NCBI GenBank assembly: GCA_013043165.1
Contig: JABDOQ010000069.1
Location: 12,827 to 76,826 of the forward strand
Origin: Woeseiaceae bacterium
GTDB lineage: Bacteria; Pseudomonadota; Gammaproteobacteria; Steroidobacterales; Woeseiaceae
Direction: 5' to 3'
DNA length: 64,000 bases
Position 1 is the stretch's first letter; each line of letters begins with the position of its first letter. The notes under the pieces were generated by a model. It saw only the letters and a program-made list of their open reading frames with translations, was not told where the DNA came from and did no database searches. Of the stretch, positions 29,249 to 37,142 are shown in pieces. A program made the position numbers and the translations under genes.

Positions 29249-30172
29249 GTGCGTATGCCCAATATCGCCCTGAACCCAGACCCTCTCGACGAGCTGCTGC
29301 TCGTCGCGCCGGCGGTGCCTGACCGACTGCCCGCCATGCTGTTCCTTGCTGCCCTGGTACACGGCATTCTGATTATCGGCGTAACCTTCAACGCAACGCT
29401 CGCCAATCCGTTTGCCGATGCGATATCACTTGAAGTCACGATCGTGGCCGATCCCGACCAACAGATCGATCAGCCTGACGAAGCTTCGTATCTCGCACAG
29501 GCCAGCCAGAAAGGCGGCGGCAACACGACCGAACAAGTGCGGCCGGCGGCGCCGCTGCAAAGCGCAATGCCTGTCGACAACCCGGGCACCGAAGACGGCA
29601 CGGGACTCGTTGATGCGACAGCGCACGAGCGTTCGGCCGACGAGGTGCTGGCGGCGCAGCGTGCGAGCGATCGCGCTGTCACGATCGATCCGCGCACGAA
29701 TCCCCAGCCACAGGACAGCAGGGCGATCGCCATGGAGGCAGGCAGTGACGTGACTTTGCCGCTGCCTCAGGAGGAGCGCGCATCGATGCTCATTCGCGAC
29801 GACGAGCCGCGGCAGCTCATTGTGAGCGCCGATACGCGAGAATCGATCGTCGCGGCTTATCTGGATGCCTGGAAACGTCGCATCGAGGCGGTCGGCGCGG
29901 CCTATCTGCCGGAACTCGGCGACATGGGGAGCATTTCGGGCAGCCCGACTCTGGCGGTCAGCATCGAGGCATCAGGCGATTTGCGTGACGCGATCATCCG
30001 CAAGACCAGCGGATCCACGGTTCTCGATCTCGCGGCGCTGGATATCCTGCAGCGCGCGTCACCGTTCAATCCCTTTCCGCCCGAGATTGCGGCTGAATAC
30101 GACGTCGTTCGCTTCGAGTACAAATGGCTGTTTGCCGAGCAGCTGATACCGACGGCCGCGAAAGCCGAATAG
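29249..30172 (+). CDS. TonB-family energy transducer (syntenic with P. aeruginosa TonB3)
   Basis: N-terminal TM (AMLFLAALVHGILIIGV), a Pro/Ala/Gln-rich spacer, and a TonB C-terminal domain (YLDAWKRRIEAVG..VLDLAALDILQRASPFNPFPPEI). Confidence 0.75.
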   Translation: MRMPNIALNPDPLDELLLVAPAVPDRLPAMLFLAALVHGILIIGVTFNATLANPFADAISLEVTIVADPDQQIDQPDEASYLAQASQKGGGNTTEQVRPAAPLQSAMPVDNPGTEDGTGLVDATAHERSADEVLAAQRASDRAVTIDPRTNPQPQDSRAIAMEAGSDVTLPLPQEERASMLIRDDEPRQLIVSADTRESIVAAYLDAWKRRIEAVGAAYLPELGDMGSISGSPTLAVSIEASGDLRDAIIRKTSGSTVLDLAALDILQRASPFNPFPPEIAAEYDVVRFEYKWLFAEQLIPTAAKAE

Positions 30173-30224
30173 CCCGGCACACCGGTCCCTTGTACCCGGC
30201 GACGCTTGCACTGATACTGTCCGT

Positions 30225-30788
30225 ATGGGATCCGACAGTTCATTAATAAATCAACTACTTATCGCCATGCCAGGCATGGCGGACCCGAATTTCAGTACCA
30301 CTGTCACACTGATCTGTGAACATAATAACGACGGTGCACTGGGCATTATCATCAATCGCCCGCTTACGCTGAAACTCTCCGGCCTGTTCGAACAACTTAA
30401 CGTTGACGATCCGGACCCGGTCGCCGCGGGCAACCCGGTATTTTCGGGCGGTCCCGTTGGAACCGAGCGCGGCTTCGTATTGCATGGCCCGGCCTGGAGC
30501 TACGAAAACACGCTGCCCGTATCCGACGACATCCAGCTCACGCTTTCTCGCGACGTGATCGATGCAATTGCATGCGGTGAGGGACCGGACAAATCTCTCG
30601 TGGCCCTCGGCTACGCCGGGTGGGAGCCAGGACAGCTAGAAGAAGAGATGCTCGCCAATTCGTGGCTGAGCGTCCCCGCCACGGCCGAGCTGGTGTTCGA
30701 TACGCCGTTCGCCGAACGCTGGGATTCCGCGGCCCGTACGCTGGGTATCGATATCGCGCAAATGTCGCCGGATGCCGGCCACGCCTGA
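30225..30788 (+). CDS. yqgE: YqgE/AlgH family protein
   Basis: LLIAMPGMADPNFSTTVTLICEHNNDGALGIIINRP and GYAGWEPGQLEEEM are hallmarks of the family. Confidence 0.88.
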   Translation: MGSDSSLINQLLIAMPGMADPNFSTTVTLICEHNNDGALGIIINRPLTLKLSGLFEQLNVDDPDPVAAGNPVFSGGPVGTERGFVLHGPAWSYENTLPVSDDIQLTLSRDVIDAIACGEGPDKSLVALGYAGWEPGQLEEEMLANSWLSVPATAELVFDTPFAERWDSAARTLGIDIAQMSPDAGHA

Positions 30789-31215
30789 CTTGTCACATCC
30801 CACGACGATTCTCGCTTTTGATTTTGGCCTGAAACGCATTGGCGTGGCCGTCGGCCAGGATATTACGGCTTCCGCAAGTCCGCTCGGCGTCATCGCCAAT
30901 CGAAATGACGGTGTCGACCATGAGCGACTAGGCGCATTGATCAGGGAGTGGCAGCCAACCCGGCTGGTCGTTGGCATGCCTTCACACGCGGACGGCTCGC
31001 CCAGCGATATGCAGACCGCTGTGGAAGCCTTTATCGAAGAGCTCGGCTGCTATGAGTTACCGATCGCCAGCGTCGATGAACGCTACACGTCAATCGAGGC
31101 TGAGCGAGTCCTCAAGGAAGCGCGGGCGGCCGGCACCCGCGGGCGCATTTCCAAAGACATGGTCGACAGTGCGGCCGCGGTCTTCATCGCCGAACGCTAT
31201 CTCGCGGGCTCCTGA
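30772..31215 (+). CDS. ruvX: Putative pre-16S rRNA nuclease / Holliday junction resolvase-like YqgF
   Basis: ILAFDFGLKRIGVAVGQ and VDERYTSIEAE motifs. Overlaps yqgE by 17 nt. Confidence 0.88.
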   Translation: MPATPDLSHPTTILAFDFGLKRIGVAVGQDITASASPLGVIANRNDGVDHERLGALIREWQPTRLVVGMPSHADGSPSDMQTAVEAFIEELGCYELPIASVDERYTSIEAERVLKEARAAGTRGRISKDMVDSAAAVFIAERYLAGS

Positions 31216-31563
31216 CTCCACCACCCACTTTTCATGCGTCGCGGGCCCCGGACCCCACCTCCCACCTACACCGACTGACGGCGCCGTCGATCACGGCGAT
31301 GGCTCGCTAGCTCCAGCTACGCAACGTCGCGTCGCAAGCCATCCCCGCGCTCAGCGCCGCTGGCCCGTTGCGTGGCGTCGGAACCCGGGTCGGGGAGCTC
31401 CGCGAGCGTCGTGTGGAGCGAAGTGACGCAGGGATGCCAAAACGAGCGCAACCCGATGCGAGCGAGGCAGGACGCCGAGCGAGCTTAAGCGAGAGGAGCT
31501 CCCGATTCGGGGCCGCCGCGATCAGCGCCGTGGGAATGGGATGGGTGGGGGTGAGGATGAGTA
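31216..31563. repeat. Intergenic repeat element, copy 1 (C-rich left end, G-rich right end, conserved ~85-nt core)
   Basis: The core GATGGCTCGCTAGCTCCAGCTACGCAACGTCGCGTCGCAAGCCATCCCCGCGCTCAGCGCCGCTGGCCC (about 31299-31367) is roughly 70% identical by eye to 33539-33605. The left end is CCACCACCCAC/CCCCACCTCCCACC and the right end is GGGAATGGGATGGGTGGGGGTGAGG. Confidence 0.6.
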
Positions 31564-32460
31564 TCAGACGTCCCAGGCGACGGTGGTGGCATCGAAGACG
31601 GGGCCGTCGACGCAGACCCTTTGCATCGTTGGTCCATGAGGCGTTTCAATTCTCACGGCGCATCCCGCACAGCCGCCGACCGCGCACGCCATATATTCTT
31701 CCAGCGATACCTGGCAGGGAATATCGTAGCGCGCCGCCAACGCTGCGACGACTTTGAGCATTGGCGTTGGACCGCAGGCATAGACCTCTGTCTTTGCCAG
31801 TTGCTCAGTCGTCAGCGTGACGAGCCACCGGTCTGCCAGGTCGGTAACGTAGCCGTCGAAACAGCCATCGAACCCCGCAAGCGTTGCCAGCCGGCTCGGC
31901 ACGCCCCAGTCTTCGAGTAAGGGCATCGCGTGGTTGACCCGGGAATCGAGCCACGGCGTTGGCAGTCTCGACGGCATCGCATCGAATGGAAACGGAATCT
32001 CCGAACCGAGAATCGCAAGCGGCTTCCAGTTGCCTTGCTGCTCACGCAGGTAGTCGGCAACGAAAACCATGGGCGGAATGCCGACACCGCCGCCGATCAA
32101 GAGCGCATTCGGACGCTCCGGCGATAGCACGAACGGTCTGCCGATCGGCCCCAGTACGCTTATGGAATCTCCCGGGACCCTGCGCGACAGCAGCCGCAAA
32201 CCATCACCGACAATTTTGTACAGAATCTCTATCCAGTCATCCTGTGCACGCATAATGGACATCGGGCGACGCATGGGCCGCGATTCGTCGCAGCTGATGT
32301 GCACAAAATTTCCGGGCCTGGCGGCTGCGGCGCATAACGGCGCACGAATCCGCATGATGAACTGTTCTCCGGGAAATGAATCAATCGATAATACTTCGCC
32401 ATCCTCTACGAACAGCGTGTCTCGATTTTGCTGCGCGGTCCGCTGCGCCGCCGTGATCAT
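31564..32460 (-). CDS. PyrK-like FAD/NAD-binding oxidoreductase with a C-terminal 2Fe-2S cysteine cluster (dihydroorotate dehydrogenase electron-transfer subunit family)
   Basis: RRPMSIM (RxxS flavin motif), LLIGGGVGIPP, VYACGPTPM, and the C-terminal MACAVGGCAGCAV...VCVDGPVF cluster. Its start overlaps the pyrB stop (ATGA). Confidence 0.78.
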   Translation of the reverse strand: MITAAQRTAQQNRDTLFVEDGEVLSIDSFPGEQFIMRIRAPLCAAAARPGNFVHISCDESRPMRRPMSIMRAQDDWIEILYKIVGDGLRLLSRRVPGDSISVLGPIGRPFVLSPERPNALLIGGGVGIPPMVFVADYLREQQGNWKPLAILGSEIPFPFDAMPSRLPTPWLDSRVNHAMPLLEDWGVPSRLATLAGFDGCFDGYVTDLADRWLVTLTTEQLAKTEVYACGPTPMLKVVAALAARYDIPCQVSLEEYMACAVGGCAGCAVRIETPHGPTMQRVCVDGPVFDATTVAWDV

Positions 32461-33455
32461 CGAGCTGCCATTGTCCGACTGACGCGATCGAGCACGGCCA
32501 TCCTGACGGCCACCCCGTTCGTGACCTGTTGAGTAATCACGGAACGAGGCCCATCTGCGAGCACGCTTTCGATTTCTATGCCACGATTCATGGGACCCGG
32601 ATGCATGATGATGACGTCAGGCGAAGCGATTTTCAGGCGCTTGCGGCTGATGCCATAGTTCGCAAAATATTCGTCGATACCCGGAACGCCGTCGAGATTG
32701 CCGATGCGTTCGCGTTGAATACGCAGCGCCATTACGACATCGGCACCTGCAAGTCCATCGTCCAGATTGTCAACGATGACGGCGCCGGGCACGGCTTCCG
32801 GGTCCGGTGCCAGCGCGGGCGGCGAGACCAGCCGGAGTTCACCGACACCAAGGGTTGTGAGGCCCTGCGACGCAGACATCGCCACGCGCGAATGCCGAAT
32901 ATCGCCGACGATGGCGACTTTCAGGTTTTCGAAGCTGCCCTTGTGCTGACGTATTGTCAACAGGTCGAGCAGCCCCTGGGTCGGGTGTGACACGTCCGCT
33001 TCACCGGCATTCAGAATACTGATGTGATCGAGAACATGGCGAACGATATATGCCGGAACCCCGGCGCTGGCATCGCGAACAACCATGACATCTACCTGCA
33101 TGGCCTCGAGCGTGTAGATCGTGTCCAGGATGCTCTCGCCTTTTTTTCTCGACGACGTGTTCACGTCGAGATTGAGCACATCGGCCCCCGACCGCTTGCC
33201 GGCCAGGTCAAACGATGCCCGGGTGCGTGTGCTGGGCTCGAAGAACAGGTTGGCAATGGTGCGGCCGGCCAGCCCCTGGCTCCTGGCAGGCAGGCTGCCG
33301 GGCGCCGTCAGGTACCGTTCGGCATCGTCCAGTATGTCGATGAGCAGGGCTTTGTCGACGCCTTTGAGCGTAAGGAGATGTCGCAGGTCGCCGTTAGCAT
33401 CGAGTTGCAGCGCAGCTTCGTCTTTGAGATCTTCTTTGTCGATCTTGGCGGCCAT
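32457..33455 (-). CDS. pyrB: Aspartate carbamoyltransferase catalytic chain
   Basis: FFEPSTRTRASF, HPTQGLLD and MHPGPMNRGIEI motifs. The N-terminal extension resembles the Pseudomonas class A enzyme (LQLDANGDLRHLLTLKG). Confidence 0.93.
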   Translation of the reverse strand: MAAKIDKEDLKDEAALQLDANGDLRHLLTLKGVDKALLIDILDDAERYLTAPGSLPARSQGLAGRTIANLFFEPSTRTRASFDLAGKRSGADVLNLDVNTSSRKKGESILDTIYTLEAMQVDVMVVRDASAGVPAYIVRHVLDHISILNAGEADVSHPTQGLLDLLTIRQHKGSFENLKVAIVGDIRHSRVAMSASQGLTTLGVGELRLVSPPALAPDPEAVPGAVIVDNLDDGLAGADVVMALRIQRERIGNLDGVPGIDEYFANYGISRKRLKIASPDVIIMHPGPMNRGIEIESVLADGPRSVITQQVTNGVAVRMAVLDRVSRTMAAR

Positions 33456-33475
33456 GGCGGGGCAATTCTACGGAC

Positions 33476-33742
33476 ATTATCGGCAAGCCACCAGTCATCA
33501 CCGAACTACCATTCTGACCGCGGCGGCGAGTGCGGGGAGATCTTGCTTGCTCCCGCTGACGCAACGTCGCTTCGCAAGACACACCCGCACTCGCCGCCGC
33601 TGCCCAATCGTGCGTTTGTAGGAGCGCCCCCAGGGCGCGAAGCGAAGCGGCGGTCGCAAGACCGCTTCGGTTGTCGGCCGGCTGCCTTAGGTAGGTTGGC
33701 GATCGACGCCGCGGACAGGTTGAGGGGTGGTGGTGGGGTCAG
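33476..33742. repeat. Intergenic repeat element, copy 2 (same orientation as copy 1)
   Basis: It shares the core ..GCTGACGCAACGTCGCTTCGCAAGACACACCCGCACTCGCCGCCGCTGCCC.. with copy 1. The core is enclosed by a perfect 17-bp inverted repeat (33520-33536 / 33584-33600). G-rich right end GAGGGGTGGTGGTGGGG. Confidence 0.6.
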
Positions 33743-34797
33743 CCGCCGAAGTTGACCTTGGCTTCCAGGTTGGCGCGTGAATCGGCGTGCGACATTGCCT
33801 CTTCCATCGTGATGGCGCCGTCCTTGTAGAGCTCGAGTAGCGCATCGTCAAAGGTCTTCATACCCGCCTCGCCGCTGTCCTTGTGGGCTTCCTTGACGGC
33901 CGAGATATCGCCTTTCAGGACCAGGTCCTTGATGTGCGGCGTATTGAGCAGCAGTTCGACCGCCGCAACACGTTTGCCGCTGCGGGCGCGCACCAGGCGC
34001 TGCGACAGGATCGCTCGCAGGTAATGCGCAAGGTCCATAAACACCTGGGAATGCTGTTCCTGGGGAAACATGTTGATGATTCGGTCCAGGGTCTCCGCCG
34101 AGTTGTTCGCATGCACGGTCGCGAGTACGAGGTGACCCGTACCGGCCATATCGAGCGCCGCTCGCATGGACTCTGTGTCACGAATCTCGCCAATCTGGAT
34201 CACATCAGGTGCTGCGCGAACGGCGCTTTTCAGTGCGCGTGCATAGGACCTGGTATCCAGCCCGATCTCTCGCTGGTTGACGATCGACTGTTTGTTCGGA
34301 TGCAGGAATTCAATCGGGTCTTCGATTGTCAGAATGTGCGACGAAGTCTTTTCATTGCGGTGGTTGACCATCGCAGCGAGCGTGGTCGACTTACCGGCTC
34401 CCGTGGCACCGACCATGAGAATCAAGCCGCGCCGCAGCATGACCAGTTCTTTGAGCTGCTTTGGCATCCCGAGCTCTTCGAGCGTAGGCAATTCGGACGT
34501 GATGTACCGCAATACCATGGAGACGCTGCCGCGCTGATGAAAGACATTGACACGGAACCGACCCAGACCCGGCTCGGAGAGGGCGAAATCGATTTCCAGC
34601 TCCTTGGTGAACTGCTCCATCTGCTCTTCGCTCATCAGCTCGAGCGCGGCTTGCTTCACCATTTTCGGTGTCATCTCAAGCTTGTTGACCGGCATGATCT
34701 TGCCTTCAATCTTGATCTTGGCCGGTGTAAATGGTGCAAAGAAGAGGTCCGATGCCTTCTTCTCGACCATCAACTTGAATAGCGGTTTGACGTTCAT
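33739..34797 (-). CDS. PilU-type twitching-motility ATPase, second (divergent) paralog
   Basis: PilT/PilU fold with Walker A GATGAGKSTT, Asp box HILTIEDPIEF, Walker B VIQIGEIRD and His box ATVHAN. It lacks the PilT AIRNLIRE motif (has HIKDLVLKG). Start set to ATG 34797 (MNVKPLFKLMVEKKASDLF). Confidence 0.8.
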   Translation of the reverse strand: MNVKPLFKLMVEKKASDLFFAPFTPAKIKIEGKIMPVNKLEMTPKMVKQAALELMSEEQMEQFTKELEIDFALSEPGLGRFRVNVFHQRGSVSMVLRYITSELPTLEELGMPKQLKELVMLRRGLILMVGATGAGKSTTLAAMVNHRNEKTSSHILTIEDPIEFLHPNKQSIVNQREIGLDTRSYARALKSAVRAAPDVIQIGEIRDTESMRAALDMAGTGHLVLATVHANNSAETLDRIINMFPQEQHSQVFMDLAHYLRAILSQRLVRARSGKRVAAVELLLNTPHIKDLVLKGDISAVKEAHKDSGEAGMKTFDDALLELYKDGAITMEEAMSHADSRANLEAKVNFGG

Positions 34798-34819
34798 CTG
34801 TGCTGCGTCCCTGTTCGGC

Positions 34820-35977
34820 TCAGAATGTCTTCGCCGTGTCCTCATCCATGATGTGCAGACTCTCGGCTTGCTGGTCTGCCAGCGACGAGTCGCGCTTGCT
34901 TTCCAGCTTGATGCGCAACCTCAGTTCGTTCTTCGAATCAGCATTGCGCATGGCTTCTTCGTAAGTGATCGTGCCTTCTTCGAAGAGATAAAATAGCGCC
35001 TGATCGAAGGTCTGCATGCCGAGTCGCGTCGACTTGGCCATGATTTCCTTGATCTGTCCGACCTCGCCCTTGAATATCAGATCCTGAACCAGCGGCGTAT
35101 TCAGCATGATTTCCATCGCCGCGATTCGACCGATTCCGCCTTCGCGAGGTATCAGGCGTTGCGCAATGAATGCCTTGGTATTGAGAGACAGGTCCATCAA
35201 CAGCTGCTGGCGACGCTCCTCCGGGAAGAAGTTGATGATGCGATCCATCGCCTGGTTCGCGCTGTTGGCGTGCAGCGTTGCGAGACACAGGTGGCCCGTC
35301 TCGGCGAACTGAATGCCGTATTCCATCGTCTCCTTGTCTCGAATCTCACCGATCAATATGACGTCGGGCGCCTGGCGCAGAGTATTCTTCAGCGCAGCGT
35401 GCCAGGTCTCGGTGTCGACGCCGACCTCGCGCTGCGTGATGACACAGCCCTTGTGCGGATGAACGTACTCGACCGGATCCTCGATAGAAATAATGTGACC
35501 ACGTGAGTTCTCGTTGCGGTGACCAATCATTGCCGCCAGGGTCGTGGACTTACCGGAACCCGTACCGCCAACAACGATACAAAGACCTCGCTTGTTCATG
35601 ACGACATCTTTCAGAATTGGCGGCAGCTCGAGGTCTTCGAGAGTCGGTATTTCGGTGGTGATGGTTCGCAGAACGGCGCCAACCATGCCTTGTTGGATAA
35701 AGGCACTAACGCGGAAGCGACCGATCCCCTGCGGCGCGATGGCAAAATTGCATTCCTTGGTCGAATCAAATTCCTTGATTTGCTTGTCGTTCATGATCGA
35801 ACGAACCATCATCGCCGCCTGATCGGGCGACAGCGGTGTATCGGTAGCCTTGTGGACCGTGCCATCGACTTTGATCGCCGGCGGAAATGCCGCCGTCAGG
35901 AAGAGGTCCGAGCCATCTCGCTCCACCATCTTGCGCAGCAGGTTCTGTGTCAGTCGTACGGCTTGTTCGCGTTCCAT
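34820..35977 (-). CDS. pilU: Twitching-motility ATPase PilU
   Basis: Walker A GGTGSGKSTT. The C-terminus LVQDLIFKGEVGQIKEIMAKSTRLGMQTFDQALFYLFEEGTITYEEAMRNADS closely parallels P. aeruginosa PilU. Lies directly downstream of pilT. Confidence 0.9.
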   Translation of the reverse strand: MEREQAVRLTQNLLRKMVERDGSDLFLTAAFPPAIKVDGTVHKATDTPLSPDQAAMMVRSIMNDKQIKEFDSTKECNFAIAPQGIGRFRVSAFIQQGMVGAVLRTITTEIPTLEDLELPPILKDVVMNKRGLCIVVGGTGSGKSTTLAAMIGHRNENSRGHIISIEDPVEYVHPHKGCVITQREVGVDTETWHAALKNTLRQAPDVILIGEIRDKETMEYGIQFAETGHLCLATLHANSANQAMDRIINFFPEERRQQLLMDLSLNTKAFIAQRLIPREGGIGRIAAMEIMLNTPLVQDLIFKGEVGQIKEIMAKSTRLGMQTFDQALFYLFEEGTITYEEAMRNADSKNELRLRIKLESKRDSSLADQQAESLHIMDEDTAKTF

Positions 35978-36017
35978 TGTTCTGGTCTCCCGTCAGGCTG
36001 GCGATTTGACGCCAACC

Positions 36018-37058
36018 CTAGAAATTCTCCTTGTTAGCCGCGCGGAAACGCGCCTCTTCCTTGTTGATCAGGCCCTTTTGCAACAGCTCGGCGAGGTTCT
36101 GATCCAGCGTGTGCATGCCGGCGACCTGGCCTGTCTGAATCGCCGAGTACATCTGCGCAATCTTGCCTTCTCGAATCAGGTTTCGAATGGCCGGCGTACC
36201 AATCATGATTTCGTGCGCCGCAATGCGGCCGCCGCCAACCTTCTTCAACAGCGTCTGTGAGATAACTGCGCGCAGAGATTCGGACAGCATCGCACGCACC
36301 ATTTCTTTCTCGGCCGCCGGGAAAACATCGACAACCCGGTCAATGGTCTTCGCCGCCGAGCTTGTGTGAAGCGTCCCGAAGACGAGGTGACCCGTTTCGG
36401 CGGCTGTCAAAGCCAGGCGAATCGTCTCGAGGTCACGAAGCTCACCAACAAGCACGACATCGGGATCCTCGCGCAAAGCCGAGCGAAGCGCCTCGTTGAA
36501 GCCAAGCGTATCGCGGTGAACCTCGCGCTGGTTGATCAGCGACTTCTTCGATTCGTGTACAAATTCGATCGGATCCTCGATCGTCAGAATGTGGTCGGGT
36601 TTGTTGTCATTTATGTAGTCAACCATCGCCGCGAGCGTCGTCGACTTACCGGATCCCGTCGGCCCGGTTACCAGCACGATGCCTCGTGGGTGCATCGATA
36701 CGTCCTTGAAAATCGGCGGCGCACCCAGATCCTCGAGCGTCAGGATCTCAGAGGGAATGGTACGAAACACGGCGGCCGAGCCGCGGTTCTGGTTAAAGGC
36801 GTTGACGCGAAATCGTGCGAGTTTCGGGATTTCGAACGAAAAATCGGTCTCGAGAAATTCCTCATAGTCCTTGCGCTGCTTGTCATTCATGATGTCGTAC
36901 ACCATGCTATTGACATCCTTGTGAGTGAGCGCGGGCATGTTGACACGCTTGATGTCGCCATCAACTCGAATCATGGGTGGCACGCCGGCTGACAGGTGCA
37001 GGTCAGAGGCATTGTTCTTTACCGCGAACGACAATAGCTGGGCAACATCGACAGCCAT
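36018..37058 (-). CDS. pilT: Twitching-motility retraction ATPase PilT
   Basis: ASDLHLSAGVPPMIRVDGD, GPTGSGKSTT, and the diagnostic AIRNLIREGK motif. 346 aa. Confidence 0.95.
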   Translation of the reverse strand: MAVDVAQLLSFAVKNNASDLHLSAGVPPMIRVDGDIKRVNMPALTHKDVNSMVYDIMNDKQRKDYEEFLETDFSFEIPKLARFRVNAFNQNRGSAAVFRTIPSEILTLEDLGAPPIFKDVSMHPRGIVLVTGPTGSGKSTTLAAMVDYINDNKPDHILTIEDPIEFVHESKKSLINQREVHRDTLGFNEALRSALREDPDVVLVGELRDLETIRLALTAAETGHLVFGTLHTSSAAKTIDRVVDVFPAAEKEMVRAMLSESLRAVISQTLLKKVGGGRIAAHEIMIGTPAIRNLIREGKIAQMYSAIQTGQVAGMHTLDQNLAELLQKGLINKEEARFRAANKENF

Positions 37059-37142
37059 ATTTCTCCCTCATTAATGGGTTCCGGACTTACCATAACCCGG
37101 AACATTTCGAAGCCTAGTATAACGAAGCACCCGGACTAAAAC

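Noticed and set aside
33024-33755. Plus-strand ORFs 33024-33755 (243 aa) and 33121-33621 (166 aa) spanning the pyrB 5' region and repeat copy 2
   Set aside because: They are antisense to pyrB and then run through the non-coding repeat. The products are Arg/Ala/Gly-rich. The same applies to 31368-31757 in repeat copy 1.
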